DNA of 64,000 bases from a virus, in the IMG/VR virus record IMGVR_UViG_3300010885_075474, positions 5,016 through 69,015 of that record; one strand, given 5' to 3'. The position numbers and the translations under genes were made by a program. The notes beneath the pieces are model-generated. The model was not told the DNA's origin and did no database searches. It worked only from the letters and a program-made list of their open reading frames with translations. The stretch's first letter is position 1, and each line of letters starts with the position of its first letter. Below are positions 47,674 to 57,224 of this stretch, piece by piece.

Positions 47674-48344
47674 TGATTTTTTTTGTTTGCATTGAAATCC
47701 CTGGCCATTTTTTCCGCCCATCCGCCCCTTTCTTCGCTTGCAGTCGCCGCTTCCAGCGCTGCCTGGGCCGTCCGAGAGTGCGGGAATAGCCTTGTTTCAT
47801 AATCCTGCACTTTGGCAGTCAATTTCTCAATAGTTTCAATGGCTTTTTGCTTGCCAATCATGTGCTTTTCAGGATCCGCCACGTCATCTAATCGCATTTG
47901 CAAGTAGGTCTGCATCTCCTGCATTCCCACCTTCAGCGAAATCCAAGTTGTAAACACGTCGTTGTTCTCAGTCTGCATGTACTCCATGATGATTTTGGAG
48001 TACCACCAATGATTTTTGACAATCATTTCCCGCAACCGATCCTTCGCAGGAATGCCCACCATCTCGGCGCACAATTCGATTCTGCGATCATAGTTCTCCT
48101 CGTCATAAAACGGCGAATCCCGAGAGCAAAATAGAATGACAAAATTCACCATTCTATTCAAGTCCGAAAGCGATGGCGGCTTTTCCCCCATCGCTTCAAA
48201 TATATCCTTCGGCACCTTATACAGCCCAGGACGCTTCAGTAACTTTGTGTAAAAATCAAAAGTGTGCTTACCATCTGGAACTGCAAACGGATTAAATTCA
48301 AGCGCATCAAAAGCGCTGTAATCGGTTCCCTCAATTTTTTTCAT
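47670..48344 (-). CDS. Hypothetical protein (possible terminase small subunit)
   Basis: Helical; DSPF motif and coiled coil; the small-subunit call rests on position only. Confidence 0.5.
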   Translation of the reverse strand: MKKIEGTDYSAFDALEFNPFAVPDGKHTFDFYTKLLKRPGLYKVPKDIFEAMGEKPPSLSDLNRMVNFVILFCSRDSPFYDEENYDRRIELCAEMVGIPAKDRLREMIVKNHWWYSKIIMEYMQTENNDVFTTWISLKVGMQEMQTYLQMRLDDVADPEKHMIGKQKAIETIEKLTAKVQDYETRLFPHSRTAQAALEAATASEERGGWAEKMARDFNANKKNQ

Positions 48345-48345
48345 A

Positions 48346-49107
48346 CTACAAGATTACATCTTCGGTCATGGCGTAGGCATTTATAAAATGACGGAATGTG
48401 GCGTAGAGCGGGCGAGCGCGATTTTTCCCCCAAGCCTGATGCTCGTCGTACTCAATCCTGGCCGCTGCACCCTTCGTCAAAAAGACTCGTTTCGACAACA
48501 AAGTTATATCAAAATCTTTACTTTCCGGAAAAAGCAGATAGTTTTTGACCAAACAACCCTCTTTTTTCACAATTCCTTTCCTTTCGTCAACACCAAACTC
48601 ATTGGCCTTCCCTTCAAAATAATCACCCCGCTCGTCGTCGTCCATTTCCAAAAACACAGCGCCGTTGAGCGGATATATTTCTTCGCCATCAATGCGGGCA
48701 ATCAGATTGTCATACTTTACAATCATATACCCATCAAACACCAAATGCTTTTGCGACAGCCCCACATGCTTAATCAAAACCTGGTCTCCATCCTGAATTT
48801 CAATCGGCACATCAAAATATGTTGTCCGTTGTGTCAACCTGGACGTATATTTCTGGTCGGTAGGGCCAAAATCCCGCGCATTCATATACGGATGAATCAA
48901 ATCACCCAGATAATAATTGCTTTTGGGAGCCTTAACCACTTTCGCTACCCTGCTTTTGAACAGATCCGCCTCCTCGTAATTCCGGGAAACAACAATGCCC
49001 GACCTGGTATCATGCACCAGATCGCTGCCAAGTTCAATCAGCACATATCCGGGCGCTACGCTAAACCGCAATATGTCGATAAATGGAGAGTTTGTTGCTT
49101 CTGACAT
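48346..49107 (-). CDS. Tandem double GroES-like co-chaperonin
   Basis: YVLIE...TRSGIVV...AKVV...GDQVL...VKYDNLIA, then PLNGAVFLE...GIV. Confidence 0.7.
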   Translation of the reverse strand: MSEATNSPFIDILRFSVAPGYVLIELGSDLVHDTRSGIVVSRNYEEADLFKSRVAKVVKAPKSNYYLGDLIHPYMNARDFGPTDQKYTSRLTQRTTYFDVPIEIQDGDQVLIKHVGLSQKHLVFDGYMIVKYDNLIARIDGEEIYPLNGAVFLEMDDDERGDYFEGKANEFGVDERKGIVKKEGCLVKNYLLFPESKDFDITLLSKRVFLTKGAAARIEYDEHQAWGKNRARPLYATFRHFINAYAMTEDVIL

Positions 49108-49606
49108 AGTTTTTCAATATTTTTCCATACTTTTTATTCGTCGCATACCCGCAGCGCTGCAATCCATCCGCCCACTTCTCCCAATCCAGCCCATATTTCT
49201 CCCGCATCCAGGAATATCGCCGGTGCATCAAAACCAAGGCGTAGTCATAAAACGATTTTTCCTCGCTTTCATACACCACAAACTTGTCGTTCGGCAAATC
49301 GTCGGCATATTCCACAAAAGGATCTGGGCCCAGCGCCTTCACGCCGAACATATTATGATAAACGCTGGATAATTCAGATCGCCCGCAATCGCTTTCAATC
49401 GCCGCCTGCGCGAGACAAATCTCCAGCGGAATTCCATACCGCTGCTCAATCAAATTTGCCATCCTGGCATGCTTCATGAAGAATTCAGCCTTTTCGCCAT
49501 ATACGCATGGTACTGAAATATCAATCCGCTTTAATTCATGCGCCATTGGCGCCTCAATGTTGCTGGAAAATGCCAGCAAAAATAGTGCAATGAAAAAACC
49601 TTTCAT
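49061..49606 (-). CDS. GH73 glucosaminidase/muramidase with N-terminal signal (secreted endolysin)
   Basis: AQAAIES..G.S, HNMFGVK, GYATNKKY; hydrophobic N-terminus. Confidence 0.88.
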   Translation of the reverse strand: MKGFFIALFLLAFSSNIEAPMAHELKRIDISVPCVYGEKAEFFMKHARMANLIEQRYGIPLEICLAQAAIESDCGRSELSSVYHNMFGVKALGPDPFVEYADDLPNDKFVVYESEEKSFYDYALVLMHRRYSWMREKYGLDWEKWADGLQRCGYATNKKYGKILKNYVRSNKLSIYRHIAV

Positions 49607-49665
49607 CTGCTTTTGTTTTGGTGAAAAAATAAGCCGGGCAAGCATCGCTCACCCGGCCCCATTCC

Positions 49666-50406
49666 CTACTTCGCCCAAGGCAGTTTGGCGATTTTCGCTC
49701 CGCCAGAGCTGTACTCATACACCGGCGTCTGGTTGTACTCCGGCGCAATTCCCTTTTTGACTTCTTCAAGCAATTTCATCCAAGTCGTAACGCCCGCTTC
49801 CTTCACTGCAACTTTGAAAGCCTGCGTAAATACGCCGCCGCCTTCATTTTCATAACTTACTTGCGCATCCGTGCAAGCAGACAGCCCGCAATAGGCAATC
49901 CGCCCCGGGATCGGGTAGGTAGTCGGCTTCACCTTCACACTCTTTGGCAATACCAGGCACCGAACTGCATGATACCCGCCACCCAACGGATGACCGGCCA
50001 TGCGGCTGTTGCTTTGGCTGAAACAAGTGTCGGAGATCGTGATAATATTCACCTGGGCCTTGAACTTCCGCCATTCCACCGGCAATTCATAATCCCAAAG
50101 GATCTGATCGTGCATACACCGGCATGTTGCCCGTCCACTTTGCGTGTCTTGGTAGGAGCCATGCCCGCTATGATACCACAGCAGCGTATCTCCAGGCTTC
50201 ATAATGCTTGCAAACCGGCGCAAGTTGTTTATCACTTCACCCCGGGTGCAGTTTTCGTTGAATAACTCGACATACTCACAGCCGCTTTCGTAGCACAAGA
50301 TGTCCTTGACACCCAGCGCATCCTTCACGCAGCCGCGCAAATCGTTTCCAGGCCCATAATAATTGGCATCGTACTTGTCGGATGCCGTGTTGAGAACGTA
50401 TAGCAT
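49666..50406 (-). CDS. Metacaspase (peptidase C14)
   Basis: LRGCVKDA, YHSGHG, ISDTCFS, SAC..Q.SYE, GVFT, QTP. Confidence 0.9.
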   Translation of the reverse strand: MLYVLNTASDKYDANYYGPGNDLRGCVKDALGVKDILCYESGCEYVELFNENCTRGEVINNLRRFASIMKPGDTLLWYHSGHGSYQDTQSGRATCRCMHDQILWDYELPVEWRKFKAQVNIITISDTCFSQSNSRMAGHPLGGGYHAVRCLVLPKSVKVKPTTYPIPGRIAYCGLSACTDAQVSYENEGGGVFTQAFKVAVKEAGVTTWMKLLEEVKKGIAPEYNQTPVYEYSSGGAKIAKLPWAK

Positions 50407-50410
50407 AAAA

Positions 50411-51142
50411 TCAGATTTTAATGACACCACCATTGCGATGCCACGAATTTCGCGCTTCATCGCTAAAAGAAAGCAATTTGCCCCGAACTTTCCACACATA
50501 TTTCGTATTTTCCATGATTTTCGGGCCGTATGTGGCGCGAACATAGGACGAATAGGCATTATGCGGATTATCAAAAAACGGCGCCCCTTTCATATAATTC
50601 TTCCAATACACCCGGCCATCAACAACTTGCGACTCCAATCCTTCGATCACCGCAATATCATCCGGCCAAGGAAACCACTCCACCAATTCAATATTCAGCA
50701 GTTGCACCATGAAACGAGCATATTCCACCCGCTTATGCGAGCCAATCATGCTTTTTAGATGATTTCGCTTCATATTATTCCGAACCGCTTCCGACAAATC
50801 CGCCAGATACCCGATTTTGCCATCCCTGGACTTATAAACCATCTCCAGCGCAGGCAAATAATCACCAGGCGAACCATAATGACTCGGCTGCCGAGCCTCA
50901 TAACGCCCATACAGATACACATCAAAGCACAAACGCCCTGAATCCATCGTATTTTGCCGCAATTCGATATGCTCTTTCGGAATTTTCCCAAACAATCGAT
51001 TGAATTCATTCAGCGCAATAGGCCGAAACGTGGTGAATTCGCCCGCTTGCTGATGCAAACGAACTTGCCGGTTCGCAAGCGACCAATATACTGCCCGCTC
51101 TTTATACGGGAATATCAAATTTGCACGACTTAAGCCTGCCAT
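50411..51142 (-). CDS. Hypothetical protein
   Basis: 243-aa ORF in operon. Confidence 0.65.
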   Translation of the reverse strand: MAGLSRANLIFPYKERAVYWSLANRQVRLHQQAGEFTTFRPIALNEFNRLFGKIPKEHIELRQNTMDSGRLCFDVYLYGRYEARQPSHYGSPGDYLPALEMVYKSRDGKIGYLADLSEAVRNNMKRNHLKSMIGSHKRVEYARFMVQLLNIELVEWFPWPDDIAVIEGLESQVVDGRVYWKNYMKGAPFFDNPHNAYSSYVRATYGPKIMENTKYVWKVRGKLLSFSDEARNSWHRNGGVIKI

Positions 51143-51357
51143 AGTTCAACATTTACTGGTTGATAATTTGGATCCCTCACTTCTGGCGCTCCCGCAGCAG
51201 GATACACAACGCAAACGCAGTCATGATACCCGCAACACGCATACGCGCCAGACTCCATGACTTCAGAGCCGATCGAAGCGATCTTCGCCTCCAGATCGGC
51301 GATCTTCTTTTCGGTCTGCATCCAGCGAAACCGATTCGCCATTCTTCCTTTTTTCAT
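51130..51357 (-). CDS. Cys-rich small protein (may begin at 51436 if an A6 run is frameshifted)
   Basis: CCGYHDCVC; upstream ORF MACEVCHQKKCKC in the adjacent frame. Confidence 0.5.
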   Translation of the reverse strand: MKKGRMANRFRWMQTEKKIADLEAKIASIGSEVMESGAYACCGYHDCVCVVYPAAGAPEVRDPNYQPVNVELWQA

Positions 51358-51438
51358 TGTACTCCTTCATGATTTCAGTTAAGCGCACCAATTCAGCGCA
51401 CTTGCACTTTTTTTGATGACAAACCTCGCAAGCCATTG

Positions 51439-52359
51439 CTATTTTGCCCTTTTAATGATCGATTTTTTCCAATTTTTTACCACCACCTTCTCCGGATACT
51501 CATAAACCTTACCCTGCTTCGCAAAAAAGCCATCATTTTTATACACAAACGGCGGATAGTCGTAGAAAAAGCCATCGCCATCCTCATCAACCGCAAAAAA
51601 ATCATGCCCATCCGGAATGCCCTTAAACAATTCTTCCGCCCGCAACTTCTCAAACTTAATCTTCCGAACCCCAGTACGAGGCAGCAAAAAACTCACCTCA
51701 AAGCCGCCAAAAGCAATATCCGCGTCACCGGAATACTTCGCACCCACCTTCCGAGACCCGCCTTCCGCAGCATCCCAAAACTGCACTTCTTCATGAAACT
51801 CCGGCTCCTTCTCAAAGAAATACCCCCTTCCATCCGGATTCACCGCAAAAAACTCACACCACACCGGCGCATGCTCGAAAAACTTTTCCGCATCAATTTT
51901 GCTGCAATCTACAACGCCATTTTCCATCAAACTTTCCAAATACAAATAAAAGAACATCCGATCCCGATCATCCGCCAATTTCTCATTCTCAATCACCATG
52001 CGCTTCGCTTCCAGCACCACAGGATGCTTCTCAATTGCTTCCAGATCGCTTTTCTCGCTTTCTTCAGGCGATACCCACCCCGCAACATCACGGACCAGCA
52101 CAAAGCGATACAGCGCGTCCTTCCCTTCTTCATCCTGCAATACAAGCGGCTCGCTATTCAACCGCTCATACACAATAACCGACCCCGCAACAAGCCCCTC
52201 AAATTGCTCACCCAGCACTCCCACCTTCACCACTTCAGCCGCAGAAATCTCCCGCGCATACTCCGATACATCAAACACATCATCTCGCTTTGCCTCAATA
52301 GGCTTAACCAGCAAACGCCCTGGCGTTAAGAAAATCGAACTCAATTTCACTCTTGCCAT
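51439..52359 (-). CDS. GroES-like domain fused to two APEW-type phage domains
   Basis: GRLLVKP...AEVVKVG...GSVIVY...VRDVAGWV, then two AP.W/IP..FFAV..DG..FF repeats. Confidence 0.7.
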   Translation of the reverse strand: MARVKLSSIFLTPGRLLVKPIEAKRDDVFDVSEYAREISAAEVVKVGVLGEQFEGLVAGSVIVYERLNSEPLVLQDEEGKDALYRFVLVRDVAGWVSPEESEKSDLEAIEKHPVVLEAKRMVIENEKLADDRDRMFFYLYLESLMENGVVDCSKIDAEKFFEHAPVWCEFFAVNPDGRGYFFEKEPEFHEEVQFWDAAEGGSRKVGAKYSGDADIAFGGFEVSFLLPRTGVRKIKFEKLRAEELFKGIPDGHDFFAVDEDGDGFFYDYPPFVYKNDGFFAKQGKVYEYPEKVVVKNWKKSIIKRAK

Positions 52360-52362
52360 GGC

Positions 52363-53969
52363 CTACGAATTTGGAAGAACAACTTTGCGCGTTTCGATCC
52401 ATTCCGCCGCTTCTTCCGCCGCATTATAAACCGCCGCCTTGATCGCACTCAAACTATCCAAAACGCCAATCTCAATCGCATCGCACAACTCAAACTGACT
52501 CGAATCGCCATCCTCGGCCAGCACTTTGAGCATCCGCTCATCCAGCAACACCGACGACAACTCACCCTCATTCTGCGCAACAATCCCGCAGCAATCCTCA
52601 ATAACACCGCTATCAACCCCGCCATTTTCAAGCAAACGACGGAACACAGCAAACGACACATCGTCCAACCCCGACAACTCATCATGCTCCCCTTCTCCCA
52701 GGCTCATACCCGCCCGAGCAATGCTCAATCCCGCACCCGGCAACACCCCTTCCTTCAAAGCCGCAAAAGAAGCCATATACGCATCCTCCACAACCTCCTT
52801 CAGCCAGTTCGTCGCACCCGTCGTGATGATCGGCACCTTGATTATCCCAATCCGCTGCTCCATATTCGCCAAACGACCCTTCAACTTCGCCCGCTTCTCC
52901 TCATTATCCGCACCATCCAACATCACCCGAATCACATCCTTATGCGCAGCCAAATCGCCAACACCCTCCTTCCCAATAAACACCGACCCCTTCATATCAA
53001 CAATGACCTTCGCCGCTTCACCAAAATCCCCCACGCCCTTGAAATCCGCCAACATCGCTCCATCCCGCTTCACCAAATTCTTACCCCCAACAACCGCCCG
53101 CAAATCGCTCAATACCGCAGCATCTTCAGCCCGCACACAATACACCGGCAGCACAGGACCACCACCAGCCCGAACCCGCTTTACCAACGTGCCAAGCGCA
53201 CTTCCTTCCAAATTCAAACTCACAACCACCAACGGCCTTCCGTCCTTCTCAAACTCCATCACCCAGGCCTGCATCATAGGCGCCACATCCTTCCAATCCT
53301 TCGCCTCGTCAATAATCAGCACATAAGGATTCTCAATAGACGACTTTCCAAACTTGCCCCCAATAAAACTTTCATGCATGGACCACCCTTCAGCAAAAAA
53401 CCCTCCAGGCGCCGCGCACTCAATGCCGATACACTGTCATCAAACTCCACCTCAACCGTGCCATCCACCCCAATATCAAATACCAACTTCGCCACCATCT
53501 CCCCAATAACAGGATCATTGTTACCCGCAAGCGTGGCTACCTTCGCCAACAAATCATAACCATAGGCATCATTCGTTACCTTGATCGCCATAGCATCCAA
53601 CGCATCCAGCATACGCGCCGCAACCCAACGAATCCGACTCCCCATCCCACGATGGCTCCCCGCCATGGCATTCAAACCCCAGCGATAAAACGCACCCAAC
53701 AAAATAGTGAACGTCGTCGTCGCATCGCCCGCAGCCCGCCGCACAACAGCAGCCCGCTGCCGAACCCGCGTAACCAGATTGTTCGCCATGTCGTCCTGCA
53801 CAGGCTGATAATGCTCCAGCACTTTCATGCCATCCCGGAACGCAACCGGCGCCGTGCCATCAAATAAATGCACATTCGCCCCGTAAGGACCGGCAGTGCT
53901 GCCTACCAAATCAACTATCTTGTCCATCCCGACAAGATACTGATCCTCAATTTCGATGATTTTATTCAT
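52363..53969 (-). CDS. groEL: Divergent GroEL-like chaperonin split by a -1 frameshift near 53380-53403
   Basis: STAGPYGANV, RDG, AGDATTT, EG(F)...FI...ENPYVLI, VEDA...A.KEGVLPGAG, GVLD, collinear across two overlapping ORFs. Confidence 0.85.
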
Positions 53970-54073
53970 GATGCTTTTGATTTAAATTTCAATACACACT
54001 TAGCAACTCGGCAACTTCCTTAACCGGAACAGACGACACGCCAGCATACCGCAAAAGAGATTACCTTTTTCCA

Positions 54074-54289
54074 TTATTTAGATTTATTTAGTGACTCCTT
54101 GATCAACCCAATGCTCGCCTCACACTTATCCCAACACTTCGCACACAACAAATGGCTGCCCATCTTGCCGCCCACAGCGTTGCCCGCGCCATCATAGCGC
54201 TTCCCATCCTCATTTACCCAATTCCCCTTCACCACGCCAACATAGCGCTCAATCTCACCACCACATAAATCGCAAACAAATATTACCAT
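54074..54289 (-). CDS. Small zinc-ribbon protein
   Basis: CDLCG...LCAKC. Confidence 0.6.
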   Translation of the reverse strand: MVIFVCDLCGGEIERYVGVVKGNWVNEDGKRYDGAGNAVGGKMGSHLLCAKCWDKCEASIGLIKESLNKSK

Positions 54290-54667
54290 CACAATATGAT
54301 TTAAAAGTTGAAAGATCGCGCATGATTTCACCCCTAAGCCATTCTCCCCCACAACCCGCATAATCAGCCGCCCAGCAAATTAAAAGCCCGCAGAACGGCT
54401 CACACCGCACCACGGGTCATCCCAGTGCCTATCGCTCGAAAAGCATTCCCACAGCAAATACCGCTATGCCGCCCACAACGTTGCCCGCAAAAAACATCGC
54501 AACAGACAACACTATGGAAACGTAATGGCGCCCGCAGAAATGGGCCATTTTTGAGGCATTTTTGGCTGATTTTACGTCGCTCACATTTTTTCGCTTTTTT
54601 TGTTATCGCCAATATCGGCAGTCACGCTGATTCATAATCATTATCAGCAAATAACTAAAGGATAATG

Positions 54668-54700
54668 CAAAGGTAAAAGCATTTCGATTTTTTCCGCTAA
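54668..54700 (-). promoter_or_regulatory. Probable promoter for the leftward late block
   Basis: TACCTTTG at 54675-54668; imperfect -33 box (TTAG) 21 nt upstream. Confidence 0.5.
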
Positions 54701-55259
54701 TCCAAAGCATTTATTTTCAATAATATTTTCGTTGTCTGTCTGGAGGTATATATGGGGCCGGGGGAGTCGCCCGCCGAAATCCGAAAACGCATTTCAAAAT
54801 GCCCCCAGGGGTGCAAAAATTTTTCGGGCTACTTTTTGGCCTGTTTTTGCCTTAATAACAGCACATACGCGCGTTTTGTGGGTACTTTCAAAAATGGTAT
54901 CTTTCGCAGTATTTTGCGCTATGTTATTGATTCCCATCTAATTGCATTGCATTTCAAAACCAGCGCAAAGAAAAACGAACGCAAAAAAACACCAGGATTT
55001 TTTTTTGTCGATCGATCTAAACCAGCGCCAGCGCCCACCTGCTTTATTTGTATGTACCATTGCGCACACAAATAAACAGATGTATATACAAGTATTGCGG
55101 GCATCGTAATACCTGCCTAATCTATTCGCTTTTACAATCGTGTAGAATGTTTGCGCCTGCACATTGATACGTTGTGTTTAATTGATGCGAGCAACGGAAT
55201 AGGCTAAATGTCGCTTAATAGTCATATTTGCACATTAGCAAAAAATAGTTAAATAAATG

Positions 55260-55291
55260 TTTGATGCAGCCCTAAGACTGCACTATCTTTG
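55260..55291 (+). promoter_or_regulatory. Promoter with operator TGCAG-N8-CTGCA
   Basis: TTTG-N20-TATCTTTG. Confidence 0.8.
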
Positions 55292-55338
55292 CCCTATCAA
55301 ACAGCGAAGCGATGTTGCAGCGCTTTAAAATTTCTAAA

Positions 55339-55554
55339 ATGAAACGTTTTCTTTTTATCTACATGACTACCATTGTTTGTTCTATTGTAACCCTGATTTG
55401 TGCCGGCCTTTTTGGGTTCTGCCTTTCCCGCCTTGCAGTACCAGGACACGACGAACACCTATTTTTGCTGGCGTCTGCCGTGAGTATAGGCACGTTTTCA
55501 ATTATGCTAACATTCACTGTAGCCGAATTCGAGATGGCAGAGGACGAGCATTAA
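55339..55554 (+). CDS. Two-TM membrane protein
   Basis: First gene after promoter; two hydrophobic helices. Confidence 0.6.
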   Translation: MKRFLFIYMTTIVCSIVTLICAGLFGFCLSRLAVPGHDEHLFLLASAVSIGTFSIMLTFTVAEFEMAEDEH

Positions 55555-55597
55555 ACCGAATTACAAATTTTTTTTCACTAATTCAAATTTTTAACTC

Positions 55598-55876
55598 ATG
55601 ATCAAGATAGCAAAAACACAAACCATAATTTTATCTAAAAATTCGCAGTCAGCAATAAAGGCAATAGCCAAAAAAGCCTTTTTATGTATTGCGAAAAACG
55701 AGGATAAAGAACGCCTCATGTTCAATGAAACCATATTTGCCGTAGACCTTCAAAGCGCCAGTATTTCAAAACTTGCAAAATTTGCGCGTTCGCAGTATTT
55801 AACAGACGTCACCCATTGCATTTTTCAAGTTTGTCCAAGCGGTACTGTTTTCACATATTCAATTGATAAAAATTAA
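55598..55876 (+). CDS. Hypothetical protein
   Basis: AT-rich initiation region. Confidence 0.6.
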   Translation: MIKIAKTQTIILSKNSQSAIKAIAKKAFLCIAKNEDKERLMFNETIFAVDLQSASISKLAKFARSQYLTDVTHCIFQVCPSGTVFTYSIDKN

Positions 55877-55888
55877 AATCTTTTTAAA

Positions 55889-56347
55889 ATGGTTGATTTT
55901 TCACAAGTTGCAGAAATTACACTTTCTTATTCGGCTAAGGTCAAAGCCGCAGACCGGCCCCGCATCAGTATGTCTTCAGACATCGCGCGTTTTTTTCGCG
56001 GGGTGTTTCCAGCGGAAGAAATAGAACTAAGAGAATTTTTTTATGTAGCGTTTCTTAGTAAAGCAAACGCCGTTATGGGCTATTTACAATTAAGCGCCGG
56101 AGGTGCGAGCGGTACGGTGGTAGATATTAAACTGTTATTGGGCGCAGCATTGAAAGCGCAAGCGCAAGCAATTATTTTATGTCACAATCACCCGTCAGGA
56201 AATCTGAAACCGTCACAAGCGGATAGAGATATCACGCGCCGAATTTTAGAAGCCGGCAAAATATTAGATTTATCTGTTTTGGACCATGTGATTTTGGCGC
56301 CTGACGGAACTTATTTAAGTTTTGCCGACGAAGGTTTTTTGTACTAA
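55889..56347 (+). CDS. RadC-like JAB domain protein
   Basis: REFF, GG..GTVVD, HNHPSGNLKPS.AD, LDHVI. Confidence 0.92.
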   Translation: MVDFSQVAEITLSYSAKVKAADRPRISMSSDIARFFRGVFPAEEIELREFFYVAFLSKANAVMGYLQLSAGGASGTVVDIKLLLGAALKAQAQAIILCHNHPSGNLKPSQADRDITRRILEAGKILDLSVLDHVILAPDGTYLSFADEGFLY

Positions 56348-56378
56348 CTTTTTTTTTCAAACTTTCAATTTCTTAAAA

Positions 56379-57188
56379 ATGAAACAAATTTTAATTAACA
56401 TTTATCAGGCCAGCGAACTAACGCCCGAAGCATTGGAGCGCGCCAAAAACGAGATGTTGCAAGAGTGGGCATATCCTTGGTATGATGAAGGCAAAAAAAT
56501 TTTGCAGATCATTGAAAACGCTCTTAACTTTTCTTATTTTCGTTGGAGCGTAGATGATTGCGAATGGTCGTATCATTTCACCATGCCGGAGGAAATATCT
56601 GAATTGACAGGACAAAAGGCAGCCTAAGCAATTAAACGCGCATTGTCTGGAATTACAGACGAATCAATCGAATTTTTCAAAGGTTCAGGGTTTTGTTTTG
56701 ATTATTCTTTTTTAGAGCCTGTTAAAACCTTTTTAGAGAATCCAGACGCTCGAACGGTTTACGATGTTGTAGACGATGGTTTAGAAGCTTTTTTTAAGGC
56801 GCAAAGCGCAGACATAGCGTATTATGAAACAGACGAAGCATTTAAGGAGACGAGCGAGGCGAACGAATGGAAGTATTTTCAGGATGGAGAATTTTACAGT
56901 GGTAGAAAATATGGAGCAGTGGAGGAAGCGAAGCCGGACGAACCCGAAGCAAGCAAAATTCCTGTTTTAGAAATAAACGAAACATGGCTGCATGGAAAGT
57001 ATTTAAACGGCAAAGCGGAGATAAATACTTACCTGCCTTTCGTTTCTTTTGGTGAATATTTTTTACAAGGCGATGAAGCAGACCAAGCAATAAAAGAAAT
57101 TTATGGTATTTGGTCAATTCAGGACGTAACCCAGGAAGAAGCATTGTTGCAATGGGCCAATATTTGGGGGCTAGACATTCCAGAATAA
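56379..57188 (+). pseudogene. Acidic phage protein interrupted by an in-frame TAA (56625-56627)
   Basis: ...KAA*AIKRALSGITDE reads in one frame; the downstream part has only a weak TTG start. Confidence 0.6.
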
Positions 57189-57224
57189 ACCAAATCATTT
57201 TCCACTTTTTAAATTTTTAACAGC

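Noticed and set aside
51436-53559. Long + strand ORFs (297, 266 and 291 aa)
   Set aside because: Antisense shadows of the chaperonin genes, favoured by the skewed composition; no protein-like motifs.
54400-55162. Short ORFs in the divergent gap
   Set aside because: They overlap on both strands, have non-ATG or weak starts, and show no protein-like features.
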